A DNA stretch of 64,000 nt from Botryllus schlosseri (Eukaryota), in contig CM119371.1 in the NCBI GenBank assembly GCA_051294905.1, forward strand, positions 20,648,001-20,712,000. The letters are read 5' to 3'. Of the stretch, positions 39,470 to 51,995 are shown in pieces (position 1 is the stretch's first letter; every line of letters starts with the position of its first letter). The notes beneath the pieces are model-generated. The model worked only from the letters and a program-made list of their open reading frames with translations. It was not told where the DNA came from and did no database searches. Both the position numbers and the translations under genes were made by a program.

Positions 39470-41339
39470 ATTATTACCATGGGTTAGCAAAAAGTGAAGT
39501 CAGTTTTCAAAATGTATAAAACTCGTCGGTGACCTAAAGATACTTTTTAAATTAACATACATTGTTCTTTTTGGGCAGATTTTAGTTTTCTTGAATTTTT
39601 TAATCGCACATACTTCCAGACGTAGACATTTCTTCCTTAGATATAAGGCCGACCAACCCTCGGGCTGCAAGGCGATTCTAGAAATTGATTATAATATTTA
39701 TTAGTACTCGCAGAAATATTGTCAGCGGTGAAACCTTTGCACAACGCGATGTACGCAGCCTCGCCGCAACCTTGATATTCATATGTCCAAGCTTGGAATA
39801 ATCCTTGTCAAATGAGCCCAGAGGTATACAATAATCCTTGTCATATGAGCCCAGAGGTATACAAAGGCGACCTGCAACTCCTTGCAGGACATGACTGCAC
39901 ACTTGGTTGTCGTAACATAATTGTCATCGAATTTGCTGCGTAGTAATATATGTCATGTTTTCACCCTTGCCCAACCGTGTTACCTCCTGTCGGATGACTG
40001 AAAATCTTTATCAACATTAGAGGGGCCCGCGCAAGGTTTCAAAGCCGCTGATTTACTTTACGACGTCGCAGTCGCGTCAAAACATACATTGAGTTGATTT
40101 CTGACACTTCTCGTTCAGGTCGTCAAAAACTGGGGTGGATGGTCGGGATCCCAATGATCTTCAATTCTTCAATGACAACTATGGCAGCTTCCTGTTTGTT
40201 GACAAAGTAAGTTGTTTGGTGTATGTGTAAGCATTATGTCACTGTGTTGTGGACACAAGCAAATCGTATGGCTCACTGCCATCAGGCTACATCATTCACA
40301 CCATACAAAAAAGGCAATTTATGGCACTATTAACACTGTATTGCTGTATTAACACTGTATTTGATAAAAATTGGTATCTCGACAGGTCACTGTAAATCGA
40401 AAGAATGATGTAATCCAATATCAGTGAGTAACGAGATTTTCCCGTGTCCATGCTACTGTAGGACACTATGGTGAAATTGTCACTAGTATATGGCGTCCAA
40501 TCAAAGAAGATGATGTGAAACCAATATTGGCCCCTCCTATTTCACTTAGAAAGTTGCAGTGTTACGACTGATGCTAAAATCATTCCACTCTGGGTACCAT
40601 TATGCTCGCTCGATATCCTTGAAAGCACCATCACGTACGATCGTTTTCTTACCTCTTTGCATGACCCCGACTCGTGCGGTAATGACTTATTAGGTAGGCT
40701 TACCATATTTTGGAAATCTAAAAAGATGACACTTTTTCAGAAATTTGAGACTTGCAAAACCAGAGAAGAATTTTCAAAAATCGGTGAATTTTGCCCACTT
40801 TGTGACCGGTTGACTGGAAAATTTTTAAAAAAGGTCAACTTTTCGCTCAGAGCTCCAATCACCGTTTTTCACTCCGAAATACCCGCAATAGAGTCACTTC
40901 TGTGCTAATTTACGGCATATCACTCGCATTTCGCTCTAAATGTGACCTAAATTTTCAAAAAAGAGGACAAAATCTCAAAAAAGAGGACAAAAGGGCGTCC
41001 TCCGAGGACACTTTTAAAAAAGTCAAGAAAGAGGACAAATCCTATTGAAAGAGGACGCATGGTAACCTCATACTCAACTCAATTCTTAATCTCAGACCAC
41101 ATCGATAGTACTAAGCTAATATCATTTTTATTTATCAGGAGCCAAAGAATTATATCCGACGATCAAGTACAATACGATCCTGAATGAATGGAAAGTTCTC
41201 TTCTATGGCAAAGTTATCAAAGGGGTCAGAAGCTTCCATCATGCTATGGCCATAATACTGGCAATATACCGGCTGTTCAACATCAAGTTCGCTCCATCAG
41301 CCTCTAATTCATGGTCCGTCGTCACGAACTCTCCTTCGA

Positions 41340-43345
41340 AACTTCCGAACGTTAAGTACACTGCGGCTGTCTCGAAACTTTGTAACGTTGGGTAGACTTT
41401 GGCTGTTCGTAGTAAATTAATTTGAATAATTCACCAAGGACAGGTCAATATTTTTAGCCGTTATAATTCTTGTGTCATTGCATTAGGTACTCGGCGACTT
41501 TCACTGTGACAATTTGTAATAACTTAATTAATCGAGGACCGGTCAATGTTTCAAGCCGGTATATTAATTCTTGTTTCATTACATACGTTTCGAAACTTTC
41601 TAACGTTAGGTGTGGCTGACTGTGGCTGTTCATTGTAATTTAATTTGATTAATTTATTGAGGACGGGTCAATGATTTTAGCCGTTATTATAATTCTGGTT
41701 TCATTACATATGTCCAAAACTTCAAAACATTAGGTACTAGGCGGCTTACACTGTGGCTTTTTGTAGTAAATTAATTCATTGATGACGGGTCAATATTTTT
41801 AGCTGTTGTTGTAACAATTCTTCTTTCATTGTATAAATTCCAAAACTTCTTAACGTTAGGCTCTCTGCGGCTTACACTGTGGCTTTTTGTAGTAAATTAA
41901 TTAATTTATGAGGGGCCAATATTTTTAGCCGTTGTTGTAAGAATTTTTCTTTCATTGCATAAGTTCCAAAACTTCTTAACGTTAGGTACTCTGTGGCCTG
42001 CTCTGTGGCTTCTTGTAGTAAATTAATTCATTGATGACGGGCCAATGTTTTTAGCCGTTGTTGTAATAATTCTTCATTCATTGCATAAGTTTCAAAACTT
42101 CTTAACGTTAGGCACTCTGCGGCTTACACTGTGGCTTTTTGTAGTAAATTAATTCATTGATGACGGGCATATATTTTTAGCCATTGTTGGAATAATTCTG
42201 GTTTCATTACATATGTCCAAAACATTACGTACTATAGGCGGCTTTCACTGTGGCTTTTTGTAGTGAATTAATTCATTGATGACGGGTCAATATTTTTAGC
42301 TGTTGTTGTAATAATTCTTCATTCATTGCATAACTTCCAAAACTTCTTAATGTTAGGCACTCTTCGGCTCACACTGTGACTTTTTGTAGTAAATTAATTC
42401 ATTGATGACGGGCCAATATTTTTAGCCATTGTTGTATATAACTCTTCTTTCATTGCATAAGTTCCAAAACTTCTTAACGTTCGGTACTCTTCGACTTACA
42501 CTGTGGATGTTAGTAGTAAATTAATTGCGCCATGACATGTCAATATTTTTAGCCGTTATAGTAGGCTTCTGGTTTCATTACATATATCCAAAACTTCAAA
42601 ACATTAGGTACTAGGCGGCTTTCACTGTGGCTTTTTGTAGTAAATTAATTCATTGATGACGGGTCAATATTTTTAGCTGTTGTTGTAATAATTCTTCATT
42701 CATTGCATAAGTTCCAAAACTTCTTAACGTTAGGCACTCTGCGGCTTACACTGTGGCTTTTTGTAGTAAATTAATTCATTGATGACGGGCCAATATTTTT
42801 AGCCGTTGTTGTAATAATTCTTCATTCATTGCATAAGTTTCAAAACTTCTTAACGTTAGGCACTCTGCGGCTTACACTGTGGCTTTTTGTAGTAAATTAA
42901 TTCATTGATGACGGGCATATATTTTTAGCCATTGTTGGAATAATTCTGGTTTCATTACATATGTCCAAAACATTACGTACTATAGGCGGCTTTCACTGTG
43001 GCTTTTTGTAGTAAATTAATTCATTGATGACGGGTCAATATTTTTAGCTGTTGTTGTAATAATTCTTCATTCATTGCATAACTTCCAAAACTTCTTAATG
43101 TTAGGCACTCTGCGGCTCACACTGTGACTTTTTGTAGTAAATTAATTCATTGATGACGGGCCAATATTTTTAGCCATTGTTGTATATAACTCTTCTTTCA
43201 TTGCATAAGTTCCAAAACTTCTTAACGTTCGGTACTCTTCGACTTACACTGTGGCTGTTAGTAGTAAATTAATTGCGCCATGACATGTCAATATTTTTAG
43301 CCGTTATAGTAATTCTTATTTCATTACGTATTATCCGAAACTCTC
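41340..43345. repeat. Minisatellite, ~125-bp unit, about 16 copies
   Basis: Unit AAAACTTCTTAACGTTAGGCACTCTGCGGCTTACACTGTGGCTTTTTGTAGTAAATTAATTCATTGATGACGGG... recurs every ~125 bp and degenerates towards the left edge. Confidence 0.95.
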
Positions 43346-45721
43346 GCCATTTCAGAATTTTTCTTGTTTTGATGCATTTGTTCTCAATATACCATCATTT
43401 GATCCAACACTGAATTGCTTGTTTTAATTCATATCCTGGCTACAGATTTTGTGCCAGTCGGTCCAAGGTGAAAGGTCAATTGAAGTCTCAGGTCAGACGT
43501 GTTTTCGAGATTACATGACGGGCAGAAACATGTTAGGCAACAGGTGGAACTAAACCTGTCGTATGGTTTTACATGACGGACATGTATTAGGAGGTACCAG
43601 GTGTAAACATGTCTATGGACACCTTTATTTTTTACAGTGTATGACAATGCTGTTCTCAAATTCACATTGTCTTCGTCATTATCGCGAGAAATTGCTTTGA
43701 AGTTACATTGCTGTCGTTAAAATACATTCATTAAATACGATTTATTCCTTGTATATCTGGATAAATGGGCGAATAACGTTTCGATTCAGCAATCCGGCCC
43801 GTCAAGTATTCAATTTTCCTATATCCGGCCCGCCAACTGGAGAAGTTGCCCGCCCCTGCCATAAGGAAAGAAACAAAACAATACACATGTTGACAAGACG
43901 AGATGAAACGCGTCAATTCCTAATCAGGTTGCACCTCTCTAGCAAAATTGTGAAGCGCATGTGCATTGTGCAATCAACAAGAGCTGCAATCAAAGACTTG
44001 AAGAACCATATTATCGCCATATGTCTGAACGTGGAGACGATAGCTGGTTACCAATCCTCACTAACACAGTCAACATTACTTTATATTCGTAGTTACGATG
44101 GAATCGCTAGACTAGTAAATTGTTATCATTCATAATGAACAGACCGTGAATTTCGTGCTTCAGTGCAATTGCAAACTCGTGATAATATGAATGAACAGCC
44201 CATAGCATTTGCCTAATTACTGATAAGTTTTCGAACTGCAACTGCGAATCGTCTGTGGATACCGCATAGAAACCTATGATATCAAAATACGAACAAATAA
44301 ATCCTTTCATGCCTCATTAATCATAGTAGTATACTAATATAGTATATACTACTAGCTCTACGTCATGATTGCTTGTTGGATGTTATCTAAAAAGGGATGT
44401 ATTGAATATGATACAAAATATATCTTTAGGATTATCATAAATGAAACCAAATTAACTTACAGTAAATCGTGGCTTGGTATAATACATGCAGCCTTATTTG
44501 GCATGTGGTGCTCAAACACGTTCTTTGCGTCATGGTGACATGCTGCGTCTACATTTAAGACGCAATAATGGCGACTTGCAAATCTCAACTTATACATGGC
44601 AGAAAGATCAATGCATGATTTGACGAAGCCGCTAATTTTACTCGCATACAACGGGAACGGCACACCTCTCTGATCACCCTATCAACTAAGTATTGTAAGA
44701 AAAGACCAATCATTTTGATAACAGTAGCTATCAGATTTTATAGTGTATTGAGACTGCGTAATCGTAGTCGGCAACACGTCAGTCTAGGGGCGATGTTTAT
44801 GGCTACAATAATCGTATCCAATCGACGAAGTATTGTAATCACGCTAGCAAATTACTTTTCTTGTTGGTTGTAATATCATTTTTATCCCGGCTCCAGTGCG
44901 AGCCCACTCTAGACATTTAGGATAAAAAAAACGAGTTAATTCAAATTCAAAGTCTCTTACTCGTGGCTCATGCGAGTCCACCAAACACTAATGAATAATA
45001 ATTGTTTGAGTTTATATTTTTTACATTATAGATAGCCTTCATTCATTTTCTGACATCGACTTCGTTAAGTTGTGAGTCAGAAAATGAGAAATTATTAACA
45101 CACAGCATGTAGCAGCGTAGAGCGTAGCGTATCGTGAGGGGGCGAGCTTATGTAACAACTCCCCTTTGATACTTATGAAGCTTATTTTAAGCTATCAGGC
45201 AAAATCGCCAAAACCAAGCGGGGTACGCACTCCTTCGATGAATGGGAACTCCTAGAGCTCATCCTGGTCCGGACCGTATATCGGACTGGTGAAACAAATA
45301 AATGAATCATCCTGGGACCACTCGTGCTACTTGCATGCCTCCTAAAGAGGAATTAGACTTCCAGCAGCAATACATTTTCATCGTGAATTATGAATGAAAA
45401 TGCAGCTTGTCCCAATGTCGTTTTGAGAGCGCGAAGAAACTTTTGCGGTATTTTAGCATCGCGTTACTTTGGGATAGGTAGCGGATGTACATGAATTTAC
45501 AAGCTGACATGTAGTCTGATTTACAAGGACAACATGTAGGGTTGCAGGTATAGGCCTACTAGGTAGGCTGTAAAATTACTGTCTCGGGACTAAATGGACA
45601 GGAGAAAATGTAGATTTAATGCACCAGAGGTGACTGTAACATTACGGTTTGGCGTGTAAGGCTAGATTATCGGGCGGGTGTAAGGTTAATTTACATTGAG
45701 ATATTGCCCAGTGTTATCCAT

Positions 45722-48700
45722 TAGGGTGGAGTGAAAATGACTTTTTTTTTCAAATCCAAAAAAGGCCTTCCTCAATCCTGACAAATGCCCTAAAACTTCA
45801 GGAAAAAGTGACTTCAGGGGATTACCCCAATTTTCCAGCCGGCAACCCCCCAATTTCTGTGCGTGGGGGGGGGGGGGTAAAATGGCCCATCTCGGCAACC
45901 GCTGGTCATAGAGTCATGATATATAGCTCAAAATCTGCGGAAACATCATGTTTCTATCTGTCTTAAGAGGAAAGTTTTCTCTATTGTGAACACAAAATGA
46001 GTTATAACCAAAAAACAATATATCAGCACATTTTTGTTGAAATTCAGCATTTATTTTGATGAATTCTGATCCGTCATCAGTTTTTTTGAAAAGAAAAGTA
46101 ATACACTGACATCTGACAATACCGAATATTGGGCCCATAACAAAAATATATTCACAACACAGTTTTTTTTTTTAAATCGGTTCCAAACATCATAACGAAA
46201 CATTCACAATTTCACATTTAACGACATATTAAAAATTCATTTTTGTTTCAAATTTTTTCATTAGTTTACGGGATTTGATTTTTTGGCGAATGAGGCCATC
46301 TCGTCTTTCAAATCCGGAGACTTGTGCTGACGCTTCTGTCACCAGCTTCACATGTCGTTCCACTATTTGGTTGTGACATGGATGAAGCAAAATCAGGGGC
46401 TTCTCGCGGCATTCTTCCAACTCTGCATCAGTCAAATGCTTAATCGCTGGAGGAAGTTGTTGATATGCTTCAATATTAACCAACTCGTGGTATGCCTTTG
46501 CTTCCAAGTTCAACTCAGGGACTTGGAATAAACGAATAGGACCGCAGATGGAACTGTTCTGACTTTCAATGTACATAAGTGAATTTTGTTCAGCGGCATG
46601 TTTTCGCATCGCAAGCACCTTGGTCACACCCTGATTTCGTATGTCTGCATTATCATCTGCCAGCATTGCAATCATAATATTTTCGGGGTGTGCGAAATAA
46701 CCGTTTCTTATCACGACATTCAAAGCAATTTTCCGAACGTTTTGGTCAGAGAAATTCAAAACCCGTTGAATCAAGTTGAAGAAGTTTCTGGATCCATGTG
46801 TTATATGTTTGTTTAGCTTGATCTCAAACCAAGTCGGGAAATATACTTCAAGGCAAAAACGAGCCAGAATCTGCAGGTTCAAAGACGGTTCATCAACTGT
46901 CACATAATACCGTAAAACTCTGCATCCCAAAGTTAGCCATCTTGAATGCACAACTGGTCCAACCTCCAAATAAGCGAGATCATCATCAACGTTTCCTTGA
47001 ATAATTGCCCAGCACATTTTATAAGCATATAACTGGTCCGTACTTAAGTCATTCACAACTTCGGGTGGGAGCTTTGGAAAGGCCAAAAGTGGTGGCGAGA
47101 GCTTTTTGAATTGAGTAACTGGCCAACAAGATAGACTTCCATGTAGTTTTTTTCCAATTGGACCGGCAAATGTATCTGGGCCACTTGTAACACCGTCGAG
47201 ACTTGCAAACACGTGCCGCAAAGGCAATTCATTAGCATGAAGCAGACATACTATCCATTGAAGTGGCTTATTCAGCAACTCTTCCAGGCTTCTAATGCAT
47301 CCATTATGTTTTCCTGTCATGGATGCAGTACCTTCTGTACCGACAACTGCCAGTTTATCTTGCAATTCCGTATCTTTTATTGCATTGAATAGATGCTGAG
47401 CTATGGTTATGCCCTTTCCATCTTCAGGAGAAAGGTGGGTGAGGTAATAACTCCCTGGCTCACCAACTACACTATAGTGTTCTTCCAATTGAAGAGATCT
47501 GTAGTACTTCTCGTTTGGACCGTGCATAACCATATGTGTGGCATCTTTACGACCATCAAAGTACACACCATCCACCATACTAAAGTTTTGTTGCTCTTCT
47601 TGCCGTAGTGCCTCTCTGCATCTGTCACGTTCTCTTCGTAACTTGCTTCGGTCAATCACCAATTTTTTATCATGATCGGTAACCAATCCAACATCTACCA
47701 AAACGCTGTTAGCAACTGCAGCTGCAGCTCGGTCCGATATTTGAAATCTTTCACACATTCTGGCAAGATTCGGCCATTTTTTTCGGTTCTGGGTTGGGAA
47801 TTCAGTTGATTGGGATGAAGAGCTGGAAATATTGGAAAGGTGACTGTGAATTGTGGAAGAATCTGTGCTTGTTGATTCAAACTCTGAGGCATGCCCAGCA
47901 TACAGATCGACCTCCATTTCACTTTGGGCTGCGGGTGCGGAAGTTCTGGTGTTCAGTTGTGATGTTAACTGGCGTGTAAACATTTGGTCGGATGAATCCA
48001 AAGGCACGATACTATCCAGACATCTTTCAGCACGTGGCCCCTTTTGATCATTGTAAAATTTCCAATCCTCCTCAGCCATTCGCAACTTATGCTGTTTTTC
48101 CAACTCTTTTCGTTGATCCTCATCTGTACAGAAGATGTCATACAATTCATCTACATTGGATAAAAAATTGCTTGCTTTTCCAAGTACGATTTAGTACGTT
48201 TGTTTTTTGGCCACCGGTCGAGTTTACTAAAATCTATGACCAGCGATTGAATCCTTCGGGTTATGGAACGTTGGTGCAAAGGATAAACATTGCAAAACAC
48301 CCATATGTCATAGATTTCTTTCGCAACTTCTGACGCAGTTTTTTGAGTGCGAAAGTTCTTAAAGTGGAGCATTCTCTCTATCACTTGCCGTTTTGTGGGC
48401 AGTAAACCAGGTGGAAACTTTTCACAACCAGTAAACTTTTCGCCACCATGCCAAATCTTGATATGTTCTCCACTTCGTCTAGTTCCCACCATAATTGTGA
48501 TCATAAATCCAATAAATCCTACGATAGGCTACTTTGTTAAGTATCTAGGTGTAGCGTAACAATCTGTAAAAACAAAACATGGCTTATTAAGAGTAAATAA
48601 CTGCACTGTGCAACGTCAAAATTTGGAAAAATGGCGATTTCACTGTTTTTTGGCTATAAATCGCTTTGTGTTCACTATAGAGAAAACTTTCCTCTTAAGA

Positions 48701-48933
48701 CAGATAGAAACATGATGTTTCCGCAGATTTTGAGCTATATATCATGACTCTCCGACCAGCGGTTGCCGAGATGGGCCATTTTACCCCCCCCACGCACAGA
48801 AATTGGGGGGTTGCTGGCTGGAAAATGGGGGTAATCCCCGGAAGTCACTTTTTCCTGAAGTTTTAGGGCATTTGTCAGGATTGAGGAAGGCCTTTTTTTG
48901 ATTTGAAAAAAAATTCATTTTCACTCCACCCTA
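45722..48933 (-). mobile_element. Full-length hAT (hATm-like) DNA transposon, 3212 bp
   Basis: Termini TAGGGTGGAGTGAAAATGA / TCATTTTCACTCCACCCTA; ~300-bp TIRs; perfect TSD TTATCCAT (45714-45721, 48934-48941); transposase inside. Confidence 0.93.
46229..48504 (-). CDS. hATm-like transposase (~758 aa if one frameshift is repaired)
   Basis: YFDGRKD (D1), VGTEGT (D2 position reads E), CLLH (CxxH), HSRW, PCHNQIVER (E); ORF 48151-48504 joins ORF 46229-48145 if one base is added to the A6 run at 48162-48167. Confidence 0.85.
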
Positions 48934-49112
48934 TTATCCATCTACTAAAGCAGTGCTTTTCAACCTTTTTTAGCTCCATTCGCACTTTATTTGTGAAATA
49001 AATTTCATTCGCACAAACTAATCGAAAATTGCTATACAAAAAGAAGATGAAGATACTTAACAACATTTTGTTCAGATGGTTCATTACATCGCGTTGTGTG
49101 TATTTTATATAG

Positions 49113-50265
49113 CAGTGGTTCTCAACCGCCGGTCCGCGGACCGGTGCCGGTCCGCGACGACATTCCTATCGGTCCGCGAGGTTTATTACAATTTTATACT
49201 TAAATTTCAAGATGCAATGTTGAAGGTTTGTCCTTTGATAAAATGAATAAAGCATGTAATTTTAAACTGATTCAAAACTTCGTGAGGTACCATTAGGGTT
49301 GGAAACATGTTCGATTTGACTTAAAGTTCAAGACGTTTCATTTGACGACATGCATGCGACAAATACAGAACAGATACGAGCTCACTCATCGCTAAACAGC
49401 GCAGTTTGATCATCGATTTTCGACTCGTTTATTTTGTGCAGGACCGTAACTGGGGCAACCCAAACCGCCCAATTGGAGAGGGGCCGAGCTTGAAAAGGGC
49501 CCACCATTATTTCGCAAATGAATATAAATCATAGCGTTTTATTTGAAACTTTTTCCAACATTTTTCTATTTCTTTTCGGGCATTGCACGATTTAGTGTCC
49601 CTAAATGTCTTGCTTATTAGGTGTCCTTCTCCGAGAAATACGAATAATTTATAGGCATTTCGGCGTCAGCCATTACCGCACCACGACGTATCCACCCATA
49701 ATGATGTTTAGGTTAACTTATGGGACTCCGAAATTTGGACTTACGAAGTGCTTTTTCGGTCCGGATTTGCGGATGGCCGGTATAGCTGCTGTCATGTGTT
49801 TTCTTGCGGCATGCATTTTATTCGTAGTTGCCAGAGTAGCCTGCGTCTGGTGGCAGTGGGCAATGAGCAAGGCAGCACGACAAGGTGCTTGGTTCGACTC
49901 CGATACGCTTCTTCTCTTGATACTGTCAAAGAGAAGAATATTATTGGAGTTGGCGTGGGCGTTTAAAACCACGGCCTTCGGCGCGAAAGACTGTAAACGA
50001 CTCTCGTCGGTAGCACGTTTATCTGAACAAGGCAAGTTTACCTCGACTCGGCAGACTCACTATCATAAAATCACGTGGAGGCCATCATGAATATAATTAA
50101 ATGTGATCAAAACCCTCCAAATGTCACTCTCTAGCATCATATAATTGCGAAAAACGGTTGCATACTGTACATTTTAGCTTCATTTCAATTTTGACAGTTC
50201 ACCGGTCCGCCAGACATATTTTGAAATTTTACCGGTCCGCGAGGCGAAAAGATTGAGAACCACTG
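49113..50265. mobile_element. Non-autonomous hAT element
   Basis: TIRs CAGTGGTTCTCAAC / ATTGAGAACCACTG; TSD TTATATAG / CTATATAG; CCGGTCCGC subterminal repeats. Confidence 0.85.
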
Positions 50266-51869
50266 CTATATAGCATTGTACATTGTGTGTCTGTCTTGGC
50301 ACACGTTCACACCATCCCTAGTAATTAACCATTGGGTGATCAATATCAATTCAAACTATATAGTGGCCCAATATTTTCAAACGTAGCTTTAATGCATCAA
50401 GATTTTCAACTTGTTGAATGGATTTGGAGTCTCATTGTTGCTTGTGTTGTTACGAGAACAAATCCAACGGCGCCTAGAAGTAAGGAAGCTTTAAAAAATG
50501 CCTGGAACCTGAGATGATACCGTTAACATTGAAAGATCTAGCACGGGAGTTGCCAACCTTTTCAGCTAAAGGACCACACGAGATTTACGAACCACTGCGT
50601 GGAAAACTTGACCGTTGATGACTTTTTGTAATCGTCCGATAAAGCGAACCAAATTAGGTAACGTTGAAAACAATACTGTATTACTATACACATTAAAAGT
50701 AATAACGTATATGTTGATGTCGTGAACGGGCCAAGCACGAAATTTAAATCAAATTTAATGAATGAATTCGATCAATAATAATATTTCTTAAATATATTGC
50801 TGGTCGCCTCATTATGACACTGTACTGTAATCATAGGGCAAGGACAGGATTATTGGACGCTAAGAAATATCAATAACGAAGATTTCGGCGAACCTTTGTC
50901 TACCATTTTCTACAATGATTTCATCCGTGACGATCTTACTTACTGCGAGCACACACATGAATTTGCATGTTGGGAGACAAGTTCTCTAGTTGTGAGTATA
51001 GTTAGACTCAATTCAGTAAATTATGCGTATTTTTAATTTTCAGGGGACTCCAATACTAAAAGCGAGGAATAGGGTGGCAATAATTGCGCGAAATGCCAAG
51101 AAACATTTCAAGTCCAATAAATATGCCTTAAAATATTCTATATTATGGTCAATTGGTCATATACGAACATCTACGAAAACTGTGGCTGGCCCCTTGCTAC
51201 GCCAATGCGTCGGAACTGATGTTTCAGTCGGTCCTCAACATCCGAAATTTCGATGTCAGTCTAATCAAATTTGGGTAGGCCTTGCAATTTTACCTGGGTA
51301 ATTAATTGTTTTGATGCAATTACTGTAATTTCGGGAATTACCTCGCGGCCCACACAAAACGTTCTCGCGGGGTAAGGGTTGGCCGCCGCTGATCTAGCAT
51401 GATGTTATTGTGGTAATTCGTTGAGATCATCTACTGTCCTATTTTGCTCCCTGCATGTAACCGAAAATATCTGCGCATATCTGTACATACCCCTAATCCC
51501 TTGTGAGGAAATGCGCAAGCTGCTATCTTCAAAGATCGGATGGAAGCACTAACCGTGTGCATAATCATAATCAAATTTTACTGAAGAAAAAATATCAATT
51601 TTTTTCGCACAATCACTATGTGAACTATAATGATGCCCAAATATCCCCATAATAACTGAAAGGAAGGTCTTCACCCCCAAGTTACATTTGAAAAGTTATC
51701 ATCATCCATCTAAAACAGTGTTTTCCAACGTGGGCGATATTGCCCTTTCGTGGGCGATTTTGAGAACAGCGGGTGAAAATACCAAATGGGGCGACTCGGG
51801 GGTGATACGGGAAGAAAATATTGGAACGTCCAGTGAGATTTATTTATTCAGCACGGACAAAAATGCGCG

Positions 51870-51995
51870 GCCAACAAGGCCGTACGGCGTTGTTACGCCG
51901 GTCGTCGAACGAAAGAAGAACACGCAGCGAATTGTAAACGCAACCGTCTTGGAGTCAGATATACAATTATACAACTACAAACATTCGCTCTGCGT
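51870..51995 (+). repeat. 5' LTR remnant
   Basis: Matches 59564-59673 of the 3' LTR (GCCAACAAGGCCG...ACATTCGCTCTGCGT). Confidence 0.85.

Larger units (their letters stand above)
33922..43639 (+). mobile_element. Degenerate CACTA/EnSpm-like element (element 2)
   Basis: 16-bp TIR CACTGTAAAAAATAAA / TTTATTTTTTACAGTG, TA on both flanks; ACGTGTT/ACATGTT subterminal repeats at both ends; internal exon remnants and minisatellite. Confidence 0.65.

Noticed and set aside
40100..41330. Possible coding remnants inside CACTA element 2
   Set aside because: Composition looks exon-like, but I found no sustained frame or transposase motif
41340..43345. CRISPR-like array
   Set aside because: The whole unit repeats with no unique spacers, there are no cas genes, and the context is eukaryotic
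49605..50090. 161-aa ORF with a hydrophobic stretch
   Set aside because: Lies within nested non-autonomous hAT sequence and shows no motif; likely chance
51688..51995. N-terminal domain (gag or protease) of the 995-aa ORF
   Set aside because: The sequence is host repeat plus LTR; no protease motif or zinc knuckle; the start is TTG
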